Below, one piece after another: positions 36,294 through 45,700 of a stretch of DNA of 57,349 bases. Under the pieces are notes generated by a model. It was given only the letters and a program-made list of their open reading frames with translations, was not told the DNA's origin and did no database searches. Each line of letters starts with the position of its first letter. Positions within the stretch are counted from its first letter, which is position 1. Origin of the DNA: a virus (Duplodnaviria > Caudoviricetes); IMG/VR virus record IMGVR_UViG_3300032213_002371, positions 1 through 57,349 of that record; one strand, written 5' to 3'. The translations under genes and the position numbers were made by a program.

Positions 36294-36680
36294 ATGTGGC
36301 TTTACACGACCCGTGGCTTCTTCTCGATCGTCCGCAACTATGAGTCCCCGAGCGAGGTGCTGGTCCGCGCCCGACTGAAGGGCGACCTCGAAAACCTCCG
36401 CTCCGTGTGGCCGACGCTCACGCCGACGCGCGAGACGAACCGACGCGACTACCGCTTCCGCGCGACGATCGACGTGCGCGAGTTGCCGCTGCTCTTGTCG
36501 AAGCTCGCGAGCGAACTGACGTACACGAACTTCAAGGACGCCGTGGCGGCGAAGCAGGGCCACGAACGCAGCGATCTCTACCATGACGTGTGGCACGTCA
36601 TGGCCGAAGCGCAGGACCGTGAGTTCGCGGCCGACGCTCAGGAGTCGATCACCGCGATGACGAAGGGCGCGAAATACTAG
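36294..36680 (+). CDS. Conserved-looking phage hypothetical protein
   Basis: MWL.T..GFFSIV...VRAR...DY.FRA...Y.NFK pattern; AAGGAG RBS. Confidence 0.7.
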   Translation: MWLYTTRGFFSIVRNYESPSEVLVRARLKGDLENLRSVWPTLTPTRETNRRDYRFRATIDVRELPLLLSKLASELTYTNFKDAVAAKQGHERSDLYHDVWHVMAEAQDREFAADAQESITAMTKGAKY

Positions 36681-36701
36681 GATTCGTGATAACGTACCGG
36701 G

Positions 36702-37676
36702 ATGAGCACACTCACCCGAATCGATTCGCCGTCCGTGCCCGCCTCGCTGGCCGAGCCGGTCGCCAAGGCCCGCGATTTCATTGAAGCCAGCGTGCCCGAG
36801 AACACGCGGCGGGCCTACGCGAGCGACTGGGCCCTGTTCACCGAATGGTGCGAAGAGAAGGGCGTGTGCGCCCTGCCCGCGAGCGCCGCCGTCATCGCCG
36901 CCTTCGCGGCCGACGAGTCCAAGGGCTCGAAGCCCTCGACGCTTCGTCGGCGCATGGCCGCGATCCGCAAGGTCCACCAGACCGCGGGGCATCCGAACCC
37001 GTGTGACAACGAAGCCGTGCGCGCCACGCTCAAGGGCATCGAGCGCAGTTACGGCGTGGCACAAGTGGGCAAGGCGCCCGCCACGCGCGCGGCGATCGAG
37101 AAGATGGTCAACGCCTGTGCGCCCAACACGCTCGACGGCCTCCGGTCCCGCGCGATCCTGCTCGTCGGGTACGCGGGTGCGTTCCGACGCAGCGAGCTCG
37201 TCGCGCTCGATTGCGCCGATCTCCGGTGGAGCGACGAGGGCGTCGTCATCACGGTGCGACGGTCGAAGACCGATCAGACCGGCAAGGGGATGGTCAAGGC
37301 GATCCCGTACGTCCGCGACGGCGGGCTCTGCGCGGCGACGGCCCTTCGCGTGTGGCTCACGGCCGCGCGAATCGATTCGGGCCCCGTGTTCCGTTCGTTC
37401 AACCGCGTCGGCACGCCGAAGCCGACTCCGATGAGCGACCACGCAGTCTCGATCATCGTGAAGACCTGCGCGGGTCGCTGCGGCTTCGATGCGAGCGTGT
37501 TCAGCGGGCACTCGCTGCGCGCGGGCCACGTCACCGAGGCACGGAGCCGCGGCGTGGCCGATGCGAGCACGATGAGCACGACGGGGCACAAGCGCGTCGA
37601 GACCCTCGACGGGTACGATCGCCGCGAGAACGCTTTCAGTAAGACGAGCGCCGGGGATGTTCTCCGACCTCGATGA
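36702..37676 (+). CDS. Tyrosine recombinase (Cre-like/phage integrase family)
   Basis: NTRRAY..DW..F N-terminal domain; catalytic R (FRRSEL), K (SKTDQ), HSLR, GH, Y (LDGY). Confidence 0.92.
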   Translation: MSTLTRIDSPSVPASLAEPVAKARDFIEASVPENTRRAYASDWALFTEWCEEKGVCALPASAAVIAAFAADESKGSKPSTLRRRMAAIRKVHQTAGHPNPCDNEAVRATLKGIERSYGVAQVGKAPATRAAIEKMVNACAPNTLDGLRSRAILLVGYAGAFRRSELVALDCADLRWSDEGVVITVRRSKTDQTGKGMVKAIPYVRDGGLCAATALRVWLTAARIDSGPVFRSFNRVGTPKPTPMSDHAVSIIVKTCAGRCGFDASVFSGHSLRAGHVTEARSRGVADASTMSTTGHKRVETLDGYDRRENAFSKTSAGDVLRPR

Positions 37677-37704
37677 GACGGCCGACACGGCCAAGGTGAA
37701 GACG

Positions 37705-37959
37705 ATGGCTCAGGTGAAGGGCATGCACGGCGCAACGCAGGGCTTCGGCACGATCTGCATGCCGAAGGGAACGTCGATGGTGTTCGTGGAGTATCGCTAT
37801 GACCGGCGGGACGACGGCCACTTCTACGGCTCGGTCTCGACGTGGAACCACGAGCAAGATGGCGCCGGTCTCGTGGCCGTGATGTCGCGCGCACTCCCCA
37901 CGCGGGCGGCGATGCTCGACTGGATCTTCAAGAAGGCCGACAAGGTCTCGGAGGCGTAG
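37705..37959 (+). CDS. Hypothetical protein
   Basis: Hairpin + AAGGTG RBS. Confidence 0.55.
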   Translation: MAQVKGMHGATQGFGTICMPKGTSMVFVEYRYDRRDDGHFYGSVSTWNHEQDGAGLVAVMSRALPTRAAMLDWIFKKADKVSEA

Positions 37960-38244
37960 ATGGGACGACCGAACGTAGTGGACGCACCGATCATCGAGGC
38001 CCTGCGCGCGGCCGGTAGCGACGGCATCCTCGCCACCGACATCGTCGGGGCGATCGGCGTGCAGGTGAGCGTGCGCGGGGCTCAGTTCGCGCTGGAGCGC
38101 CTGATGGCGACGGGCACACTCGGCCGTCGCTTCGAGTGGGCGCTGTGGCCCGAGGGCACGCCGAAGGCGGGCTTGCCGCGGACGCGCGTGTACCGCTACT
38201 TCGTGCGCGAGTTTGCTCCCGAGGACGCCGAGGTGGTAGCGTAG
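37960..38244 (+). CDS. Possible winged-helix DNA-binding protein
   Basis: IIEALR...ATDI...VS.R.AQ.AL.RL...G...R...YRY pattern; GGAGG RBS. Confidence 0.55.
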   Translation: MGRPNVVDAPIIEALRAAGSDGILATDIVGAIGVQVSVRGAQFALERLMATGTLGRRFEWALWPEGTPKAGLPRTRVYRYFVREFAPEDAEVVA

Positions 38245-38264
38245 CGCGCGAGAGGCTCCGCTTC

Positions 38265-38311
38265 AAAAGGCGAAGGCCCGCCGGGTTGATCCCGACGGGC
38301 CTTCTGCTTTT
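38265..38311. terminator. Bidirectional terminator between the early (+) and virion (-) blocks
   Basis: AAAAG-GC-GAAGGCCCG...CGGGCCTTC-TGC-TTTT. Confidence 0.8.
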
Positions 38312-38332
38312 CGGCGTCGAGCCGAAACCTGA

Positions 38333-38446
38333 CTACTTCTTGTGCTTCGCCTTGATGCAGTTGCCGCGCTTGCCGAAGCGATAGCCCTTCTTGAGCTTGC
38401 CCTTCGCGGTGAGGCAGGACTTGTGGGACTTCTTGTGACGAGCCAT
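38333..38446 (-). CDS. Very small basic protein (37 aa, two Cys)
   Basis: Manual translation MARHKKSHKSCLTAKGKLKKGYRFGKRGNCIKAKHKK; GAGGAG RBS. Confidence 0.7.
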   Translation of the reverse strand: MARHKKSHKSCLTAKGKLKKGYRFGKRGNCIKAKHKK

Positions 38447-38519
38447 GGTACTTCTCCTCTCTGGACTTTGCGCCCGAACCATTCGGACGCGGTTATTGGG
38501 CGCGAAGCCCGAATCGATT

Positions 38520-39350
38520 CTACTTGCGGCCCTTCTTGGCCGACTTCTTCTTGGAAGCCTTCTTCTTTGCGCGGGTCGCGGCAGCCTTCGCTGCGGCGGC
38601 CGAACGCGCGGCCTTCTTGGCCTCGGCAGCGGCTTCCTTGGCCTTGCGCGCGTCGCCGAGACGCTTGAAGTCCTCGGCCATCGCCTTGAAGTCCGCTTCC
38701 TGCTGCTTGAAGCGCTTGAACTCCTCGGTGTCGCGGGTCACGTCGCGCTCGAACTGGACCTGCTGGCCGATTTCCTTGATCGCCTGAGCCACGTTCGCGT
38801 TGGCCTTGCGCCGGATCGCGGCGCTGACCTCGACGTTGTAGCACGCGCGGTCGGAGATGATGCGACCACGCTCGCCCTTGGGGTCGAGGAACGCGCGGCC
38901 GTCGCGGTCGTGCACGCGGATACCCGCGGACATGAGCGAGAGAAGCTCGTTCGCGGCGCGGCGCGAGACCTTGTCACCACCGAACTCGCCGGGGCACACC
39001 TTCATCGTCTTCGCGAAGGCTGACGGGCGCTCGGCCACAACGGAGCCGCGGATCACGAGCTTGTTGTCGCCCGTGGACTGGATGCCATCGGCCTCGTCGA
39101 AGTCGTTGATGACGAAGCTCGACACGACGCGCTTGATCGCCGAGACCGGAAGGCCCGCGGCCTTCGTCGCTTGGGGATACTTCGCGAGGAAGTCGTCGAC
39201 GGCCTTCGCGCGGGACTCCGACAGACTCTTCTGGAGCGCCCTGAGTTCCTTCTTCGCCTCGGGCGGGAGGTTCTTCGCCTTCTTGTTCTCGGCCGCGATG
39301 CCAGTCACGGCGGCGAGACCGGCGAGCGCGTGCTTGAGCGGGCTGTGCAT
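38520..39350 (-). CDS. Protein with a histone-H1-like Lys/Ala-rich tail, putative virion core protein
   Basis: C-terminal AKKAARSAAAAKAAATRAKKKASKKKSAKKGRK. Confidence 0.7.
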   Translation of the reverse strand: MHSPLKHALAGLAAVTGIAAENKKAKNLPPEAKKELRALQKSLSESRAKAVDDFLAKYPQATKAAGLPVSAIKRVVSSFVINDFDEADGIQSTGDNKLVIRGSVVAERPSAFAKTMKVCPGEFGGDKVSRRAANELLSLMSAGIRVHDRDGRAFLDPKGERGRIISDRACYNVEVSAAIRRKANANVAQAIKEIGQQVQFERDVTRDTEEFKRFKQQEADFKAMAEDFKRLGDARKAKEAAAEAKKAARSAAAAKAAATRAKKKASKKKSAKKGRK

Positions 39351-39416
39351 GGGTAGATCTCCTTCGCGGGCCCGAGTATCGCGCGGGTGCGCGAACTCGG
39401 CAACATGGGTGTGGGC

Positions 39417-39683
39417 TTAGGCGCCCAATCGATTCGCCGCCTTGGTGAGTACGAGGGCCCCGCCAACTCCGGCGGCTGTGGTGACGAGCCCTTCCGTGAA
39501 TCCGATCTCGTGGCCCATCGCCCAGACGACCACGGACGAAAAGCTGCCCCAGAAGCTCATGCAGAGGTCACAGGAGAGCGGCTTTTCCAGAAGCCACTCG
39601 GCCTTGCCGTGATCCTGCGCGACCGTGCGGGCGATGGCCGTGATGCCCGCGGCCGACATGGCGATGAGGATCGCGAGGCTCAT
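39417..39683 (-). CDS. Small membrane protein with CxxC (DUF1360-like)
   Basis: PLSCDLCMSFW between hydrophobic helices. Confidence 0.65.
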   Translation of the reverse strand: MSLAILIAMSAAGITAIARTVAQDHGKAEWLLEKPLSCDLCMSFWGSFSSVVVWAMGHEIGFTEGLVTTAAGVGGALVLTKAANRLGA

Positions 39684-40573
39684 CGTGGAACTCCAGCGAA
39701 TAGCATGCAGGACGCAACGTCCGCGTGCGTCGTCTGTGTCCCGCCGACAGCGTCCCAGATCGCATGGTGGACGAGGTGCTGGTAGAAGGGCGCGAGTTCC
39801 GCGGGGACGCTGACTCGCATGGCCCGCAGTCGCTTCTCAAGCCGTGAGCCGAACTCCCGCATGAGCCGCTCGCGCTGATCCTTCGTGTAGCGGGCGCGAT
39901 TCTTCCACCAGAACTGGATCTCCCGCGCGTCCGCCGTCGGGATGTCGCCTCGCCCCAACAGGCTGGCGATGAAGCCGGTCTTAGCCGCGCCCACGCCCCA
40001 GATATTTTCTTCCGCCCACGCGAACCACTCGTCCTTGGTCCCGTCGCGAAGCGCTCGAGCAAGCTCGTTCGCCTTGGCGGCGAGGGCTGGCGCGCGCACG
40101 GTGAGATCTGAATAGAGCGTCGGTGCTTGGCCGAACGTGGTGAGCTTCTCGGCCATGCGCCGCGCGGCCTCGACTCCAGCCGGGGACAACGCCCCGCGCT
40201 CGGCCTCGTCGAGATACAGCTTCCCGTCTGGCGTCCGCAGAAGATAGGCCATCGCATCCTCGGGTCGAATCGATCCCGTGAACGGGTGGTCTGGCCACGA
40301 CTTTTGAAGCGCTTCCGCGGTCCTATTCGACCGCTGGATGCTGGAGCGTGTCAGTGCGTAGGCCTTCACGACGTCCCGCGCCGTCAGCGCTCGCTGCTGC
40401 TGTTGCAGCATGAACTGGCCGAACTGTGCGACATGCGCGGGAAGCTCCCGAAGCCCAAGCTCGCGCTGTGCCCGCTCAACCGAGTTGAGCACCATGCAAC
40501 GCGGCGGCGTTGCCCTGACCTCTTTCGGGGTCGCCGCGTCAGGGCGCGGTACTCGCGTAGGAAGCTTGGCCAT
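39680..40573 (-). CDS. HhH-type DNA glycosylase-like protein
   Basis: NIWGVGAAKTGFIASLLGRGDIPTAD (helix-hairpin-helix followed by an Asp); start taken at MAKLP. Confidence 0.5.
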   Translation of the reverse strand: MAKLPTRVPRPDAATPKEVRATPPRCMVLNSVERAQRELGLRELPAHVAQFGQFMLQQQQRALTARDVVKAYALTRSSIQRSNRTAEALQKSWPDHPFTGSIRPEDAMAYLLRTPDGKLYLDEAERGALSPAGVEAARRMAEKLTTFGQAPTLYSDLTVRAPALAAKANELARALRDGTKDEWFAWAEENIWGVGAAKTGFIASLLGRGDIPTADAREIQFWWKNRARYTKDQRERLMREFGSRLEKRLRAMRVSVPAELAPFYQHLVHHAIWDAVGGTQTTHADVASCMLFAGVPR

Positions 40574-40575
40574 AG

Positions 40576-40848
40576 TCAGCGCAGCCCCATGAACTGCTTC
40601 GACTTGATGACGAACTTCTCGATCTCGGGCCTCTCCAACGCGCCGACCCACTGGGTCCGCTGGCGGCCGGGAACTTCGAGAACGTACGTCGGCGTCGCCT
40701 CGGGGCTCCACGGGTGCGTCCACTCGGTCGTGAGCAGATCCACGCGCACGATCTGGATCTCGGGGTGCGCCTTCTCGAACGCGGCGAGAGGCTTCTTGGC
40801 GCCATCGCACGCAGGGCAACCTGTCGCGTAGAGGAAGTAGAGGCGCAT
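40576..40848 (-). CDS. Thioredoxin/glutaredoxin-fold protein
   Basis: FLYATGCPAC active site and cis-Pro motif TPT. Confidence 0.85.
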   Translation of the reverse strand: MRLYFLYATGCPACDGAKKPLAAFEKAHPEIQIVRVDLLTTEWTHPWSPEATPTYVLEVPGRQRTQWVGALERPEIEKFVIKSKQFMGLR

Positions 40849-40851
40849 GGC

Positions 40852-41121
40852 CTATCGATCCTTCTTCGGTGTCACGTCGATGATCGTGTACTCGGCGTCG
40901 ATGACGCTGTCCGACGAATCGATTCGACCGGGCTTCTGCGGAAGACGGACCTCTGGCAACGGAAGCTGAACACCCATGCCGTCGGCCATCTGTCGCGCGA
41001 GCATCTCGCCAGCGAACTGGGCAGCGACGAGCCGCGGGTCCACGCCAGAAGCAAGCTGCTGCATCACCGTCCGCGTCTGCGGGTGGCCGAGCAGGTCAAC
41101 AAGCGTGGGCTTTCGCGCCAT
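40852..41121 (-). CDS. Hypothetical protein
   Basis: Tightly packed ORF. Confidence 0.6.
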   Translation of the reverse strand: MARKPTLVDLLGHPQTRTVMQQLASGVDPRLVAAQFAGEMLARQMADGMGVQLPLPEVRLPQKPGRIDSSDSVIDAEYTIIDVTPKKDR

Positions 41122-41124
41122 GGG

Positions 41125-41640
41125 CTACCGCTTCCCCTTCTTCGCTGCACGCTTCGCGGCCTTGCGGGCCTTACGCGCCGCCTCCCGCTTCGCGCGGAAG
41201 TAATCGTCGAGGCGGGAGATCGCTTGGTCTTCCTGCATGCGGAAGTTGTCTTCGCGCCCGTAGCCCGCCTTCGGTCGCGCCGTGCCGGGGTTCATCGCCT
41301 TGCGATCGTAGGCGCCGAGACCGTTGAGCCCGATGGCGCTCTTGATCTTCGGCCAGTGGTAGTAGCCCGCGCCGACCACGACGGCCACGACGGCCCAGTA
41401 GAGCGGGCGCTTGTAGAACGGCGTGTTGAGGTCCGCGAGCTTCGACGCGATGGCCGCCTGAACGACGAGCTTCTCCTCGTTCGTCAGCCCCATGTTGGGC
41501 ACGCCCGCGTTGATCGCGGCAAGCTCGTCGAGCTTCTTCGCACCCGACACGGCCGCCAGCGCCGCGCGAGCGGCGGGGGACGGGTTGTTCATGTACGGGC
41601 CGCTTGCGCCGAGCCCGCCGAGCATCGCGATCATTTCCAT
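41125..41640 (-). CDS. Single-pass membrane protein with basic tail, putative virion membrane protein
   Basis: PFYKRPLYWAVVAVVVGAGYY TM; LGGLGA and LNGLGA motifs. Confidence 0.7.
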   Translation of the reverse strand: MEMIAMLGGLGASGPYMNNPSPAARAALAAVSGAKKLDELAAINAGVPNMGLTNEEKLVVQAAIASKLADLNTPFYKRPLYWAVVAVVVGAGYYHWPKIKSAIGLNGLGAYDRKAMNPGTARPKAGYGREDNFRMQEDQAISRLDDYFRAKREAARKARKAAKRAAKKGKR

Positions 41641-41649
41641 CTCACACCT

Positions 41650-41847
41650 CTAACAGACGCAGTTTGCCAGCACCTCGACATTGTACGGGTCCTTGACCCG
41701 GAGGACCAACCCAGCGGCCGTCTTGTAGAGCGGCTTGCCGGTCTCCTCGTCGATCTTGCGGAACTGGGCGCCGAGCATCTTGAACCGCTGCTCGCGGTGC
41801 TGCTCGGTCGGGAACTGGAGGACGGTGGTGACGGTGGGCTTCGGCAT
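41650..41847 (-). CDS. Small hypothetical protein
   Basis: Packed ORF ending in NCVC. Confidence 0.5.
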   Translation of the reverse strand: MPKPTVTTVLQFPTEQHREQRFKMLGAQFRKIDEETGKPLYKTAAGLVLRVKDPYNVEVLANCVC

Positions 41848-41859
41848 GGCCGTTTTTTC

Positions 41860-42699
41860 TCACGCCGTCGCGCTCTCCGCAAGAGCCGCCTTGGCCGCGA
41901 GGAAGCGCTTGTCGCGATCTTCCTTGCCCTTGTAGCCGCCGTTGATCCGGTAGGTGATCTGATCGAAGTTGCCCTGATCGGCGAGCGCGTTCAGGTTTCG
42001 CGTCGTCCAGTACCACGCCGCCGCCTTGAAGCCCCACTTCGGCTGGGCGAGCAGGTCGGGGTTCGCCACGAAGTCCACGCCGTACTTCTTGCCGACGGCC
42101 TCGGTGAACGCCTTGTAGTTGTCCTTGCCCGTGAGTTGGATGGGCCCGCGGCCGCGGTACTTCCAGCCGTCACCCGTCGCCTCGGGCCCGTTGCCCATGC
42201 GCCCGCCGTACACCTTGCTCGCGATCTTCTGCGGCTGACGCGCGTACTGCGCGGCCGTCGTCGCGTTGAAATACTTCGGGAACACCTTCACGAGCGCGTC
42301 GGCCGAGTAGTTGAGGTTCTCCTCCATGAACTTGAAGTCCGCGCTCTCGTGCCCAAGCTGCGCGAGGAACGCCGAGATGCGAGCCGGGGTGTTGATCCCC
42401 GCTTCGTCCAGCGCCTCGACGAGCGGCGTGAGGTAGTCGGTCGCCGACGTGAGCGACACGTTCGGCATCGCCTTGCGGATCGCGTTGAGCGTCAGGAGCT
42501 TCTTGGCACCAGAGGACACGGCTTCACTCACTTTCGTCGCCACGCTCGCGGCGGCAGACGTCACCGTCTTCGAGCGGGAGAGCAGGTAGATGACAACGGC
42601 ACCGCCGAGCACCCACAGGAACACCGGACGCACGGCGGGAGTCTCGTTGAGGCCCCGAAGGTAGACGGGCGGGTTTCGGCGAATCGATTGGCGTCGCAT
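41860..42699 (-). CDS. Glycoside hydrolase family 19 peptidoglycan hydrolase with an N-terminal membrane anchor
   Basis: FLAQLGHES, ENLNYS, GDGWKYRGRGPIQLTGKDNY, INGG..G..DR; TM VFLWVLGGAVVIYLL. Confidence 0.92.
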   Translation of the reverse strand: MRRQSIRRNPPVYLRGLNETPAVRPVFLWVLGGAVVIYLLSRSKTVTSAAASVATKVSEAVSSGAKKLLTLNAIRKAMPNVSLTSATDYLTPLVEALDEAGINTPARISAFLAQLGHESADFKFMEENLNYSADALVKVFPKYFNATTAAQYARQPQKIASKVYGGRMGNGPEATGDGWKYRGRGPIQLTGKDNYKAFTEAVGKKYGVDFVANPDLLAQPKWGFKAAAWYWTTRNLNALADQGNFDQITYRINGGYKGKEDRDKRFLAAKAALAESATA

Positions 42700-42708
42700 G
42701 GCGTGATC

Positions 42709-45700
42709 CTACTTGGCGGCGACGAGGCCGACCACAAGGCCGATCGCTGCACCGACAGGGCCGCCGACGGCGAAGCCGCCAGCCGCGAGAACGAACGGCG
42801 CTGCGCCGCCCTTTTTCGCAACCGGCCGGACGAACACGTCGGGCGTGAGCGGCGTGCCCGGCGGCGCGATGATGACCGGAGGGGGCGTCTGCGGTGGCGG
42901 GGGAATGATGGCGACGACCTGCCCAGTCTTCGTGTCGGTGACGACGCCCGGACTCACGTTGACGACCTTGATCGAGCCCGCGTCCGTCTGCACGGTGGTG
43001 CCGACGGCGGGAATCTTCGGAGGCGGGGTCTGCGTGTTCACGGGGACGTAGCTCGTCGTGACCTTCGTCTCGCCGGAGATCGCGCCGGTCTTCGCGGGCT
43101 CGGGCGCGCGGTCGCGGTACACGATCTTCTCGACGGTGACGATCTTCTCGGTCTGCCGCTCACGAGGGAACTGGCACTCGGCGAGGTTCTTGAACTTCGG
43201 ATCGGCGCAGTAGGCGTCGAGCTGTTGTCTGAACTTGTCCAGTTCCCGTCTGATCGCCTTGACGGCTTCCTCCGGGTTCTTGAACTCCTTCATCGCGTCG
43301 GCCCAGATGTCCTGAGCCTGTTGGTACGCGCTCTTGGCGGTCTCGACGATCGTCTGCGCGGTGCTCGCGACTTCTGCGAGATCGGGATCGTGCTGTGCGA
43401 TGGCGACGAGCAGGTCAGGGATGATCGAGAGAAGCTGAAGGATGCCGTCCTTCGCCTCCATGATCTTCGCGACCTTGATGTTCTCCATGAAGCGGTTCCA
43501 CGCTCTCGGGAACTCCTTCGCGAACGAATCCACAAGCGCTTGGCGGGCCGCAGGATCACCGCTCGTCAGCTTGTTCCAGTAACGCTCCAACGCCGTCGCG
43601 AACTTCTTGAAGACGTCGGTGATGTTCATGGCTTGCATCACGACCATCGCGCCGATCTTCACGATGGCTTCGACGCCAGCGGTGATCTGTTCCATCGGCA
43701 CGTCTTTGAACTTCACCGTCTTCGTCTTCAGCACGGGTCCGACGATCTTCGAGATCGCGGGCGTGAGCACGAGGATGAGGCCGGAGATCGCGACGGGCGT
43801 CGGGCCGCCGAAGATGAGCGAGAGCACGCTCGACACGAGCATGATCGTGAACGTCGGCGGAAGCTCGCGGCCGAGAGTCTCCAGCGACTTGAGGCCCTGC
43901 GCCCGCTGATCCGCCGTCAGGGCAGCATCGACGATCGGAATACCGAGCACGGTGCTGAACGTCGAGCCGAGCGCGATCACGACGATCGCGTTCACCATCT
44001 CGACGAGCGCCATCACGGCGCCCTTCTTCTTGGTCGTCGGCCGTCCCGCTTCGATGTCCTTCATGTAGCCGTCTTCGGGGAGCAACTGCCCCGCAAACAG
44101 GTTGCTGAAGAACTCGCCGAGGCCAACGAAGATGACCTTGAGGATCGCCACGCCTCCGGCAATCGCGCTGACCGCGCCACCGAGCGTGAGCTTCACGATC
44201 GTGCAGAGCACGCCGCCGACCGGCGCGAGCGGCCCCGTGAACAACTTCTCGAAGCCCGAGCAGAGGAGGCCCGTCGCAGCGGACGCCATCTTACTGAGCT
44301 GAACGATGACGAGATCGAACGCCTTGCCGATATTGTTCGTGACCCACTCGGTCACGATGTCGAGACCGCTGCGCGGGTCGATGTCGGACTTCGCCGGGAC
44401 CGGACGCCCCGCGGCTTCCTTCTCGGGGATCAGCTTTCGGAAATCGTCGGCCGTGCACTTGTTGTATTGCGTGTAGTAGTTGATGTCGCAGGGCGTCGGG
44501 TCAAAGCCCGTCACCTCTTTGAAAATCGTCGCGACGTTCGCAGCCTTGCGCCCACGCGCCGCCGTGTCGCCCGCCGCGTCCCAGTTGATCTCGCAATCTT
44601 CCTTGATCCACGCCGCGTCGGTGCGAATGTACTGGTCGGCCTTGCACTCGCTGGGGCCACCCTCGAAGTAGACGCCGCGCTTGTCGTTCACGTTGTTCGC
44701 AACGTCGAAGACGAACTCGGCGATGGTTTTCGGGGCGCTCACGCGCACGCGATTGCCCGCCAGATCCCGCCGGTAACCTTCGGCCGCATCGAGCCAAAAG
44801 CGAGTGCGCGGGGCGTTCGGGTAGAAGCCGTGCTTCTCGTAGTAGAAGACCTTGACGAGCCCTTCGTTCCAGCCCGCAGCGGGCGGCGCGTTGACGACGT
44901 CACGGCTTCCGACGATGTAGCCGTTCGGGCCAAACTCGAAGTAGCCGGTCTTGTCGTTGGGGTCGTTCTTCACGGCGAGAACGAACGCCGCGCGCGACGT
45001 GTTCGGATTCGCCTGAAGCCACTTCTGCCACATCTCGCGACGGCGAGGCGTCGGGCCCGTCGTGCCCACGGAACCTGCGGCCCTTCGACCTTCCGCGAAA
45101 GCCTTGCCGATCTCGTTTGTGTCGGCCCACCACGCAGACGGCGTGACCGTTGCCGTCGGCCGCGGCGACGTCACGAGGGGCGTCGAGATCACGCCGAGCC
45201 CGTTGAGGCGCTGCGCGGTCGCCGCGATCGTCTGCCCACGAATCGATTCGATCATGCGATCGAACGAGGCCAGCGCCTTCTGGTAGCCGAGCACGAAAGC
45301 GTCGTTCTGCACGCCGATCTGCTCGCCTGTCGCGCCCTTCAGGAACGCGAAGGTGAGCGAGACCTGCACGGCGTAGGCCTCGTCGCCCTTGAGCCGTGAA
45401 GCAAGGCGCAGCACGTCGTCGGCCATCTGGAACGACGTGAGGCCGCGGAGCGTCTCGCGCCACTTCTCTTTCGGCTGGTCGGTGACGACGAAGCCGATGA
45501 GAGCCGCGAGAGTCGTCACGCGGCGAAGGATGACCGGAGTCTCCTTCTCCTTCTGCGCCGCCGCGAACTGCGGGATCGACGTAGCGACGCCAACGGCCGC
45601 GACGACCCCGGCGTACTTCTGCGTGGGGTCGGCCGCGCCCTCGGTGATCTTGTCGATCAGATGCGGTTGGCCGTTGAGCGGCGTCGAGCAAGAGCCGCAC

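Noticed and set aside
40714-45399. 1561-aa plus-strand ORF, and similar long ORFs at 28293..31013, 47509..49968, 54111..56210, 20315..22318 and 5803..7650
   Set aside because: Antisense shadows of real genes in high-GC DNA: Arg/His-rich, no motifs, overlapping better-supported genes
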